NCBI GenBank assembly: GCA_902492935.1
Contig: CABUNJ010000004.1
Location: 38,589-102,588 of the forward strand
Reading direction: 5' to 3'
Origin: an uncultured Collinsella sp.
Lineage (GTDB): Bacteria; Actinomycetota; Coriobacteriia; Coriobacteriales; Coriobacteriaceae
Length of the DNA: 64,000 bases
A program made the position numbers and the translations under genes. Below, one piece after another: positions 47,048-57,407 of this stretch. Position 1 is the stretch's first letter, and each line of letters opens with the position of its first letter. The notes below the pieces were generated by a model, which saw only the letters and a program-made list of their open reading frames with translations, was not told where the DNA came from and did not search any database.

Positions 47048-47076
47048 CCGAAATCGGTTTACGAAATCGGTTTCGT
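47048..47076. promoter_or_regulatory. two overlapping (A)CGAAATCGGTTT(A/C)CG operators at the kdgK promoter
   Basis: CCGAAATCGGTTTACG at 47048..47063 and ACGAAATCGGTTTCGT at 47061..47076. TATACT (minus sense) at 47087..47092. Confidence 0.55.
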
Positions 47077-47178
47077 TTCGAGTTGTAGTATACTCACCTA
47101 CAGCGTTTTGCAACCGAGATTTTTAAAAAAATGCCTAAAATGGCTCAGATCGCCGACAATTGGGAAACGGGGTGCGTT

Positions 47179-48201
47179 ATGGCGCAGATGAGAATCAAGG
47201 ACATTGCCGCCGAGGCGGGCGTGAGCCCGGCCACGGTCTCGCGCTATCTCAACAACCGCCCCGGGCAAATGACCGAGGAAACCCGTGCTCGCATCGCGGC
47301 GGTTATCGAGCGCACCGGCTATCGCCCGCGTGCCGCCGCGCGCAATCTACGCAGCTCGCGCACCAACCTCATCGGCGTGATCCTGGCCGACATCGCCAAC
47401 CCGTTCTCGAGCGCCATGCTCGAAGGGCTTTCCGCCAGTGCCGCCGCGCGCGGCTGCTCGCTCATGACGGCCATTAGCGGCAACGACCCCGCAAAGGAAG
47501 TTGAGTCGCTCACCAGACTTATCGATGCCGGTGTGGACGGCCTGGTCGTCAACACCTGCGGAGGCAATGACGAGGCGATCGCCGCGGCAGCGGGACGCCT
47601 GCCCGTCGTGCTGCTCGACCGCGATGTTGTCGACGGCGGTGTTGACCTGGTGACATCTAACAACCGCGAGCTGGTCGCCGGCTTGGTAGACGCCTTGGCC
47701 GCCGCTGGTAGCGAGCGCCTGTGCCTGCTCACCGAGGCAAGCGACGACAGCCCCGTGCGTCGAGAGCGCGCCGAGGCCTTTGCCGACGAGCTTTCGCGCC
47801 GCGGCCTTGCAGGCGAGGTCGTTACCCTGGCCGACGGTGGCGCCACGGGCGTTGGTCGCTTAGACGAGGCCATCCGCGACTATGCGGGCAAAAAACTCGG
47901 CCTCATTGCTGTCAACGGCCTGGTCTTCCTGCGTCTGACCGAGGCACTGGCGCAGCTTGGTCCCTCGCTGCCGGCGGGGCTCAAGATCGCGACGTTTGAC
48001 GACTACCCCTGGAACCATGTGCTCTTTGGCGGCGTGACCACGGCCGCGCAAGACACCCTCACCATTGCCGAGCGCGTAGTCGAGCGCCTCTCCGAGCGCA
48101 TCGACGTTGTTACCACCACCGTGGGCGAGGCCGCAAAGCTCGCCCCCAAGCGCATCGAGGTCCCCGGCCACATCGAACACCGCGCCTCGACCTCGCGCTA
48201 G
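47179..48201 (+). CDS. LacI family regulator (KdgR-like by position)
   Basis: ORF 47131..48201. HTH IKDIAAEAGVSPATVSRYLN. Divergent from kdgK-eda. Confidence 0.8.
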   Translation: MAQMRIKDIAAEAGVSPATVSRYLNNRPGQMTEETRARIAAVIERTGYRPRAAARNLRSSRTNLIGVILADIANPFSSAMLEGLSASAAARGCSLMTAISGNDPAKEVESLTRLIDAGVDGLVVNTCGGNDEAIAAAAGRLPVVLLDRDVVDGGVDLVTSNNRELVAGLVDALAAAGSERLCLLTEASDDSPVRRERAEAFADELSRRGLAGEVVTLADGGATGVGRLDEAIRDYAGKKLGLIAVNGLVFLRLTEALAQLGPSLPAGLKIATFDDYPWNHVLFGGVTTAAQDTLTIAERVVERLSERIDVVTTTVGEAAKLAPKRIEVPGHIEHRASTSR

Positions 48202-48254
48202 CCGCTCGCTCGCAACTGCCTGTTCGCGCACGTTTTTTGAGCGCTTGATACGCT

Positions 48255-48311
48255 TTAACCCTGCGGAAACATTTTTCTGCGATAGTATCTGCGATATAGA
48301 CCAGTCGAAAC
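48255..48311 (+). promoter_or_regulatory. GlnR-box-like sites upstream of glnA
   Basis: TTAAC-N6-GAAAC at 48255..48270 and a second GAAAC at 48307..48311. TAGTAT at 48283..48288. Confidence 0.4.
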
Positions 48312-48335
48312 CCGCCCGAAAGAAAGGGGAGCGAC

Positions 48336-49673
48336 ATGAACCAGCAGAACATCGATTACGTACTCCGCTCCGTAGAGCAGCGTGACATCCGCTTTGTGCG
48401 TCTGTGGTTTGTCGACATTCTCGGCCGCCTCAAAAACTTTGCCATTAGCCCCGAGGACCTCGAGGTCGCTTTTGAGGAGGGTATTGGCTTTGACGGCTCC
48501 GCTATCGAGGGCTTTGCCACGCCCGAGGAAGCCGACATGCTGGCGTTTCCCGATGCTTCGACCTTCCAGATCCTGCCGTGGCGTCCGAGCCACAACGGCG
48601 TCGCCCGCGTGTTCTGCGATGTGTGCACCCCCGACCGCAAGCCCTTCGCCGGCGATCCGCGCGACGCCCTGCGCCGCATGTTCTATAAGGCCGAGAAGGC
48701 TGGCTATCTGCTCAACGTGGGCGCCGAGCTGGAGTATTACTATTTCCCCGACGAGCACACCCCCGAGCCGCTCGACAACGTGGGCTACTTCGATCTTTCG
48801 GTGAGCGATGCCGCTCGCGACCTGCGCCGCAACACGGTCCTCACGCTCGAGAAGATGTCCGTGCCCGTGGAGTACACCTTCCACGCCGCCGGCCGCTCGC
48901 AGCACGGCATGAGCCTGCGCCACGCCGAGGCCCTGAGCATGTCCGACGCCATCACCACGGCCAAACTCATCATTAAGCAGCAGGCTTACGAGAGCGGGTG
49001 CCACGCCTCCTTTATGCCCAAGCCGTTGGCGGGCGAGGACGGCAGCGCTATGTTCCTGTGCCAGTCGCTGTTCGACCACGACGGCAACAACGTCTTTTGG
49101 GGAGAGGACGACGAGAAGTACCATCTTTCCGACGTCGCCAAGCACTACATGGCCGGTATTCTGGCGCATGCCCGCGAGATCAGCGCCATCACCAACCCCA
49201 CGGTCAACTCGTACAAGCGCATCACCACGGGTGGCGACTCCGTGCCGCAGTACGCCACGTGGGGCTTGCGCAACCGCGCGAGTATGGTCCGCATCCCGGT
49301 CTACAAGCCCGGCAAGCAGCTGTCCACGCGCATCGAGCTGCGCAGTCCCGATCCCATGGCCAACCCGTATCTGGTCAACGCCGTCACGCTGGCGGCCGGT
49401 CTCGACGGCATCGAGCGCAAGCTGGAGCTCCCGCCCGAGGCAACGGCCGAGACGCTCAAGCTCACCGACCGTCAGATGCTCGAGGCCGGCTACACGCCGC
49501 TGCCGCGCTCGCTCAAAGAGGCGCTCGACGTATTTGAGGACTCGCAGTTTATGAAGGATGCCCTCGGCGAGCACATCCACAGCTTCTTCCTCAAAAAGAA
49601 GCGCGCCGAGTGGCATAAGTTTGAGTCCACGATCACCGAGTGGGAGATCAAGCACTACCTGGCGAACTCCTAA
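48336..49673 (+). CDS. glnA: glutamine synthetase, type I
   Basis: 445 aa. FVRLWFVDILG, GFDGSAIEGF, NSYKR, and the C-terminal catalytic domain. Confidence 0.9.
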   Translation: MNQQNIDYVLRSVEQRDIRFVRLWFVDILGRLKNFAISPEDLEVAFEEGIGFDGSAIEGFATPEEADMLAFPDASTFQILPWRPSHNGVARVFCDVCTPDRKPFAGDPRDALRRMFYKAEKAGYLLNVGAELEYYYFPDEHTPEPLDNVGYFDLSVSDAARDLRRNTVLTLEKMSVPVEYTFHAAGRSQHGMSLRHAEALSMSDAITTAKLIIKQQAYESGCHASFMPKPLAGEDGSAMFLCQSLFDHDGNNVFWGEDDEKYHLSDVAKHYMAGILAHAREISAITNPTVNSYKRITTGGDSVPQYATWGLRNRASMVRIPVYKPGKQLSTRIELRSPDPMANPYLVNAVTLAAGLDGIERKLELPPEATAETLKLTDRQMLEAGYTPLPRSLKEALDVFEDSQFMKDALGEHIHSFFLKKKRAEWHKFESTITEWEIKHYLANS

Positions 49674-49723
49674 TCGCGCCGGCTTGTTCCAGTACGATTG
49701 AGCTCATTTCTTTGGAGGCCGAT

Positions 49724-50386
49724 ATGTCCGAAAAGAGTGCCCTGTTCATGGCGCGCACGACGCGCTTCCACGAGTTTGCCCGCAGCTTGACGACTACCCT
49801 GGGTGTCGAGGTGAGCCTGGCAACCCCCGATTCGCCGACTGCAGCGCACGACTTTGACCTGCTGATTCTCGATTCCGATGGCATCCGCAGTGACCGCATC
49901 GATCAGATTGCCAAGTGGCTTGACGACCGCGGCGGCGTCCCCATGCTGGTGATCGTCGACGACGAGGCACTCGGCACCCTGCGTCTGCCGAATCACGCGC
50001 ATGCCGACTTTGTATGCCCCACGGCGACCCCCAACGAGCTTAAGGCTCGTGCGCAGCGCCTGATGGGCGAGGAGGAGACCGTCACCGCCGACGACGTGCT
50101 CAACATCGATAACCTCGAGATCAACCTGGCCACCTACCAGGTGACGCTCGATGATGAGCCCATCGACCTGACGCTGATGGAGTACTCGCTGCTGAGCTTT
50201 TTGGCGACGCACCCCAACCGCGCCTACAGCCGCGAGGTGCTACTGCACCGCGTGTGGGGCTTTGAGTACTGCGGCGGCACGCGCACCGTCGACGTGCACA
50301 TCCGACGCATCCGCTCCAAGGTGGGCCCGCAGATCGCGGCGCACATCACCACCGTCCGCGGCGTGGGCTATCTGTTTAAGGACTAG
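49724..50386 (+). CDS. glnR: GlnR-type atypical orphan OmpR-family response regulator
   Basis: ORF 49640..50386. ATG 49724 follows GGAGG. The receiver lacks the N-terminal acidic pair. C-terminus has GGTRTVDVHIRRIRSKVGP..TVRGVGYLF, as in actinobacterial GlnR. Confidence 0.7.
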   Translation: MSEKSALFMARTTRFHEFARSLTTTLGVEVSLATPDSPTAAHDFDLLILDSDGIRSDRIDQIAKWLDDRGGVPMLVIVDDEALGTLRLPNHAHADFVCPTATPNELKARAQRLMGEEETVTADDVLNIDNLEINLATYQVTLDDEPIDLTLMEYSLLSFLATHPNRAYSREVLLHRVWGFEYCGGTRTVDVHIRRIRSKVGPQIAAHITTVRGVGYLFKD

Positions 50387-50392
50387 CTTTTC

Positions 50393-50428
50393 ACCACAAA
50401 GGGGACAGGCACCTTTGTGGTGGTTTTG
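50393..50428 (+). terminator. intrinsic terminator
   Basis: CACCACAAAGG / CCTTTGTGGTG stem followed by GTTTT. Confidence 0.65.
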
Positions 50429-50594
50429 ACGCAGGTGCGGGTTCCTTTTGGGCCTGCAACAGAACTTAAGCCTTCCTAAAAGATTGCGTTCTCATACACG
50501 TTCGCCCGCATATTGGGGTACAACTCAACGTGAACAATGATGGCCCGCCACATGTTTGGCGGGCCTTTGGTTATTTGACGAAAGGATCGCAGCT

Positions 50595-52055
50595 ATGAGC
50601 GAGTACGATTCCCAGCGTCCCCAGGATGCGGGCAACGCCGGCGAGACCCAGCAGCAGCCGCGCGTGCAGGTAGAGTCGACGCCTGCCGACAGCAACATTC
50701 CCTACGTGCAGGCCTACGACACGCAGACCGGAAAGCCGCTGGGCAGCCAGCAGGTTGTAAACAAGCACACGGTGGTCAAGACCAAGACCAAAAAGCTGCC
50801 GATCTTTATTACAGCGCTTGCCGGCTGCGCCTGCGGCGCCCTGCTGGTCATCGCGCTCATTATGAGCGGCACGCTCAACATTGGCGGCGGAAAGAATGCC
50901 GTGACGGCGGGTGCTTCGGGTTCGTCGACGCAAAAGATTACGATTGATTCCGAGGACACCACGCTGGCCGAGGCCGTTTCTGCCAAGGCCCTGCCCTCCG
51001 TGGTTTCCATTACCGCCACTTCGAGCGGTAGCCAGAATGGTTCGCTTTCGCAGTCTGCCGACGAGTCGGATAGCTCGGGTAGCGTCGGATCGGGCGTTGT
51101 GCTCGATACCGAGGGCCACATCCTCACCAACAATCACGTGGTCGACGGCTACGACCAGTACGTGGTGACCATGGACGACGGCACCACCTATGAGGCCGAG
51201 TTCGTGGGCAACGATGCCTCGAGCGACCTCGCCGTCATCAAGCTCAAGGACGCCGACGCCTCCAAGCTCACGCCGATCGAGATTGGTGACTCCTCCAAGC
51301 TCAACGTGGGCGAGTGGGTCATGGCGATTGGCTCGCCCTTCGGCAACGAGCAGTCTGTCTCCACGGGCATTGTGTCGGCGTTGTATCGCTCCACGGCCAT
51401 GAGCTCTACCAGCGGCAACACCATCTATGCCAACATGATTCAGACCGATGCTGCCATCAACCCGGGCAACTCTGGCGGCGCGCTCGTCAACGACAACGGC
51501 GAGCTGGTGGGTATCAACTCGCTCATCGAGAGCTACTCGGGCTCCAGCTCGGGCGTGGGCTTTGCCATTCCCGTTAACTACGCCAAGAACATTGCCGACC
51601 AGATCATCGACGGCAAGACGCCGGTGCATCCGTACATGGGCGCTACGCTTTCGAGCGTCAATGCGCTCAACGCCCGCACCAACAAGCTGAGCACCGATAG
51701 CGGCGCGTATGTGGCGAGCGTCGTCGAGGACGGTCCTGCCGCTAAGGCTGGCATTCAGGAGGGCGACGTCATCACCAAGCTGGGTGACGACGAGATCACG
51801 AGCGCCGATGGCCTGATCATCGCACTGCGCAGCCACGAGGTGGGTGAGAAGGTCGAGATCACGCTCATGCGCGGCAAGGAAGAGAAGAAGGTCACCGTCG
51901 AGCTGGGCTCCGATGAGGAACTGCAGAACCAGCAGCAGGACGACAGTTCGACCGACACCGGCAACGGCGGTATTACCGACGAGCAGCTGCGCCAGTACCT
52001 GGAGGAGCTGCTAGGCCAGCAGGGCCAGGGCCAAGGCTACGGCCAGGGTTACTAA
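50595..52055 (+). CDS. HtrA/DegP-like trypsin-fold serine protease with PDZ domain, membrane anchored
   Basis: ORF 50556..52055. ATG 50595 follows AAAGGA. TM segment; TNNHV, GNSGGAL; PDZ; Q/G-rich tail. Confidence 0.82.
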   Translation: MSEYDSQRPQDAGNAGETQQQPRVQVESTPADSNIPYVQAYDTQTGKPLGSQQVVNKHTVVKTKTKKLPIFITALAGCACGALLVIALIMSGTLNIGGGKNAVTAGASGSSTQKITIDSEDTTLAEAVSAKALPSVVSITATSSGSQNGSLSQSADESDSSGSVGSGVVLDTEGHILTNNHVVDGYDQYVVTMDDGTTYEAEFVGNDASSDLAVIKLKDADASKLTPIEIGDSSKLNVGEWVMAIGSPFGNEQSVSTGIVSALYRSTAMSSTSGNTIYANMIQTDAAINPGNSGGALVNDNGELVGINSLIESYSGSSSGVGFAIPVNYAKNIADQIIDGKTPVHPYMGATLSSVNALNARTNKLSTDSGAYVASVVEDGPAAKAGIQEGDVITKLGDDEITSADGLIIALRSHEVGEKVEITLMRGKEEKKVTVELGSDEELQNQQQDDSSTDTGNGGITDEQLRQYLEELLGQQGQGQGYGQGY

Positions 52056-52081
52056 CGAGCCGTATCGCACATATCGAAGCC

Positions 52082-52123
52082 AGAGGGGCTGTCCCACCAA
52101 CGCGGGACAGCCCCTCTTTTCTT
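52082..52123 (+). terminator. intrinsic terminator
   Basis: AGAGGGGCTGTCCC / GGGACAGCCCCTCT stem followed by TTTTCTT. Confidence 0.8.
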
Positions 52124-52251
52124 ATTGATCCGTTGGGGACGGAGGAAAACGGATCATTTTGAGCTGGCGAAGGACTTGCCTCGGAAGGGGCTGCCGATTC
52201 GGTGCGGTTTGAGACCGCTATTCGGCCCTATCGTGACCGGTGGTACTCTAG

Positions 52252-54513
<2,262 letters not shown>

Positions 54514-54533
54514 CACATCGATAATCAAATTAG

Positions 54534-54577
54534 AAAACCTCCCGGAAAGGTTGATACTTTCCGGGAGGTTTTTATTT
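54534..54577 (+). terminator. intrinsic terminator
   Basis: AAAACCTCCCGGAAAG / CTTTCCGGGAGGTTTT stem followed by TATTT. Confidence 0.8.
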
Positions 54578-54619
54578 GGGCGTGGTGGCGGGCAGCATGA
54601 TCTGCGTCATGTAGGTTGC
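54561..54619 (+). repeat. 59-bp imperfect direct repeat, left copy, flanking the toxin-antitoxin cassette
   Basis: 47/59 ungapped identity (manual count) to 55692..55750. Confidence 0.6.
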
Positions 54620-54730
54620 TGAGGGTGACCCTGCGGAGTGGTGTCGTTCCGGAGCGATAGAAGATTCATACAAAGCAAAGGGGCCCCGCAATGAGGTCCC
54701 ACAACGGGGCTGCCCCATTGTGATGAGTTT

Positions 54731-54762
54731 TATACACGTTAACATTAACATTATCGTGTATA
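54731..54762. promoter_or_regulatory. inverted repeat TATACACG-N16-CGTGTATA upstream of the antitoxin
   Basis: 8-bp perfect arms in an AT-rich promoter region. Typical position for a TA autoregulatory operator. Confidence 0.45.
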
Positions 54763-54797
54763 CTTAGCAGTGAAGATATATGTTGAGAGGAACAGTT

Positions 54798-55190
54798 ATG
54801 GTTACCGTCGCGTTTTCGGAACTGCGCCAAAACCTTACGCAGGTGGCCGAAAAGGTTGCCAATGAGGGCGAGGAGGTTGTGGTCTTCAAGCGGAGCAAGC
54901 CGTTGTTCAAGATCGTGCCGCTCGACTATGAAGGTCCAGTTACGGTGGAATATGACGCTGCCCAGGAGCGTGGGGACGCAAAACCGACGTGCGGCACGGG
55001 CAAGCCCAAGCGCGACGTGGGTACGATGTGGCATCCCAAGATTACCTGGAAGGAGATTCGCGAGATGCTCGCGGAGAATGAGGACTACCAGGAGTATCTC
55101 GATATCGTAGCCAAAATGCCAAAAGGAACGCCGCTCGATACGATGACGGTTGAAGATGAAAAGCGCGTCGCGAGGGAGCGCTACCTATGA
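54798..55190 (+). CDS. Phd/YefM-like type II antitoxin with extended C-terminus
   Basis: ORF 54780..55190. ATG 54798 (MVTVAFSELRQNL..VVVFKRSKP). 4-nt overlap with the PIN gene. Confidence 0.65.
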   Translation: MVTVAFSELRQNLTQVAEKVANEGEEVVVFKRSKPLFKIVPLDYEGPVTVEYDAAQERGDAKPTCGTGKPKRDVGTMWHPKITWKEIREMLAENEDYQEYLDIVAKMPKGTPLDTMTVEDEKRVARERYL

Positions 55191-55609
55191 GGGCATTTCT
55201 CGATACTAATTTTCTGCTCGATTGCGTGCTTCCGGGCCGGCCGGAGCACGCAGCGGCACAAACGATCAAGGGGCTCGTCGACGTGGGGCTTATCGAAGGC
55301 GTTGTTTCGGCCTGCTCTCTCAAGGACGCGTACTACATTCTCACTAAACAGGCAGGCGAGGCGCGCGCCCGCGAGGTGGTGCGCGACTGCCTTAAGAGCT
55401 ACTCGGTAGAGCCTCTCGACCAAGAGGCTTGTTTTACCTCCGCCTATTCCGATGAACCGGACTTTGAGGACGGCTGTATCCGCGCGATGGCCGAGCGTGC
55501 CGGCGTGGACTTTATCATCACGCGTGACCGCGTCGCTTTTGTGCGCTCGACCATCAAGACCTTCTCGCCTGCAGAGTTCATCCGTGCGTTTCCGATTCCG
55601 GAGGAGTAA
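55187..55609 (+). CDS. PIN-domain (VapC-like) toxin
   Basis: 140 aa. FLDTNFLLD N-terminus and acidic residues (EPDFEDG, ITRD) typical of PIN. Confidence 0.7.
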   Translation: MRAFLDTNFLLDCVLPGRPEHAAAQTIKGLVDVGLIEGVVSACSLKDAYYILTKQAGEARAREVVRDCLKSYSVEPLDQEACFTSAYSDEPDFEDGCIRAMAERAGVDFIITRDRVAFVRSTIKTFSPAEFIRAFPIPEE

Positions 55610-55691
55610 AACCGCCATATCGGGGACTGTCCCCGGCATGGCGGTTATCCTGTAGCCGACGCTCCTTAGCTGAGCTACGCTTCATGCCTGT

Positions 55692-55750
55692 CCGGGAGGT
55701 TCTTAATCGAGCACGGTAGCGGGCACCGTGATCTGCGTCACATAGGTCGC
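55692..55750 (+). repeat. 59-bp imperfect direct repeat, right copy
   Basis: See 54561..54619. Confidence 0.6.
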
Positions 55751-55800
55751 GGGGTCGTCGCTGATGATGTCGTCGATCAGGGCGATCTCGCGTTGCCCCG

Positions 55801-57147
55801 CTACGCCACCAACTTGTCAAAAGCCCCGCGCCGGTTGAGCACGGTAAACGCGACAACACAGATGACTGCCGACAGAATTGACCCGCACGGCGAGGCGATG
55901 CCCATGGGAAACAGCGTGTCGGAATAGGCGTTCGACAGCAGCCACGCGCCCGGCACGCGAATGAACGCCACGGCCAGCACGTTGTGCGCAAAGCCGATGT
56001 AGCTCTTGCCGTACGCAGCGAAAAAGCCACTAAAGCAAATGTGGATGCCGGCAAAGATCGCGTCGAAAATGTAGCTGCGCATGTAGCCGGTGCCGGCCGC
56101 GACCACTGCGGCGTCCTTGGCAAAAAAACCGATAAACGCCGGTGCCACCAGCCACATCAGAACCGTGATCAGACAGCCGTACGCTACCGAGATGGTCATG
56201 GCGTCCTTGAGTACCTGACGTGCGCGGTCGCCCTTGCCCGCACCGGCGTTTTGCGCCGTGAGTGCGCTGACGGTGGCGCCCATGGAACTCGGCACAATGA
56301 ACAAAAAGCTGATCATCTTTTCGACCAGGCCTACGGCGGCGGCGTCGACGAGCCCTCGGTGGTTGGCGATGACGGTGATGAACATAAATGCCACCTGGAT
56401 GCAGCCGTCCTGCACGGCCACGGGCACGCCGATCTTAAGGATGCTGCCGAGCACCTCGGGCTGGGGGCGCAGGTCGCTGCGCTTAACGTGGATGTTCGTG
56501 CGACGGCTCTTAAGCCACATGAGCGCGAGGGCAACGCTGACCGTCTGGGCGGTTACCGTGCCGAGCGCCGCACCCACGGGGCCGAGCCCCATGTGCCCGA
56601 TAAACAGAAAATCGAGCGCGATGTTGATGATGCATGCCACGCCAATCACGTACATGGGCGAGCGCGAATCTCCCAGCCCGCGAAAGATGGCCGAAAGAAT
56701 GTTGTACGCGGCGATGCACGGAATGCCGACAAAGCAGATACGCAGGTAGGCGGCGGTGCCTTCGACCGCCTCGGCCGGCGTGCCAATGAGCGCCACGATC
56801 TGCGGGCACAGCGCAAGCAGGATGGCGGCCAGCACCACCGAGACGCCCATAAAGAGCGTGATGGTGTTGCCGATGGCGGTCTCGGCGCGGTCGAAGCGGC
56901 GCGAGCCCACGGCGTGGCCGACGACCACCGTCGTTCCCATGGCCAGGCCCACGAGTGCCACGGTAATCATATAGAGCGTCTGCGCGCCATTTGCTACGGC
57001 GGTGATGCCGGCGGCACCGCTAAACTGCCCCATCATGTACAGGTCGGCCATGCCGTAGAGCATCTGCAAAAAGTACGAGAGCATATAGGGCAGGGCAAAG
57101 ACCGCGATGGTCTTAAGGACATTGCCGCGTGTGAGGTCGTGTTCCAT
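55801..57147 (-). CDS. MATE family efflux transporter
   Basis: 448 aa. N-terminus LKTIAVFALPYMLSYFLQMLYGMADL. 12-TM profile. Confidence 0.88.
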   Translation of the reverse strand: MEHDLTRGNVLKTIAVFALPYMLSYFLQMLYGMADLYMMGQFSGAAGITAVANGAQTLYMITVALVGLAMGTTVVVGHAVGSRRFDRAETAIGNTITLFMGVSVVLAAILLALCPQIVALIGTPAEAVEGTAAYLRICFVGIPCIAAYNILSAIFRGLGDSRSPMYVIGVACIINIALDFLFIGHMGLGPVGAALGTVTAQTVSVALALMWLKSRRTNIHVKRSDLRPQPEVLGSILKIGVPVAVQDGCIQVAFMFITVIANHRGLVDAAAVGLVEKMISFLFIVPSSMGATVSALTAQNAGAGKGDRARQVLKDAMTISVAYGCLITVLMWLVAPAFIGFFAKDAAVVAAGTGYMRSYIFDAIFAGIHICFSGFFAAYGKSYIGFAHNVLAVAFIRVPGAWLLSNAYSDTLFPMGIASPCGSILSAVICVVAFTVLNRRGAFDKLVA

Positions 57148-57338
57148 GGGCGGGGCACTTTCTGACTGGGTTTGTTTGCGTACCAGTGTAGTGAAAACCC
57201 TACAACGATTGTAGAGTCAAGGTTTGTGTTGACGCCGGAGCGAAAAAGTCTCGCGCACCATTATTCCGAGTGAATATGGACACACGTCACGAGAACTCGC
57301 CGCCGGCGTTAACCTTGCAGAAAACGATTTCGGAATAC

Positions 57339-57367
57339 TTGACACCATTATTCGGCGCGCAATAATA
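57339..57367 (+). promoter_or_regulatory. sigma-70-like promoter TTGACA-N17-ATAATA
   Basis: About 40 nt upstream of the ABC exporter start (GTG 57408). Confidence 0.45.
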
Positions 57368-57407
57368 CGTGCGTTTGCGAACAACGTTTGATGGGGGTTG
57401 AACCTGC

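Noticed and set aside
57256-57353. CACCATTATTC direct repeat (57256 and 57343) and CTACAACGATTGTAG palindrome (57200..57214) in the MATE/ABC divergent region as a regulator system
   Set aside because: The motifs are short, have only two copies, and there is no adjacent regulator gene. One copy simply overlaps the TTGACA-N17-ATAATA promoter. Not enough evidence for a finding.
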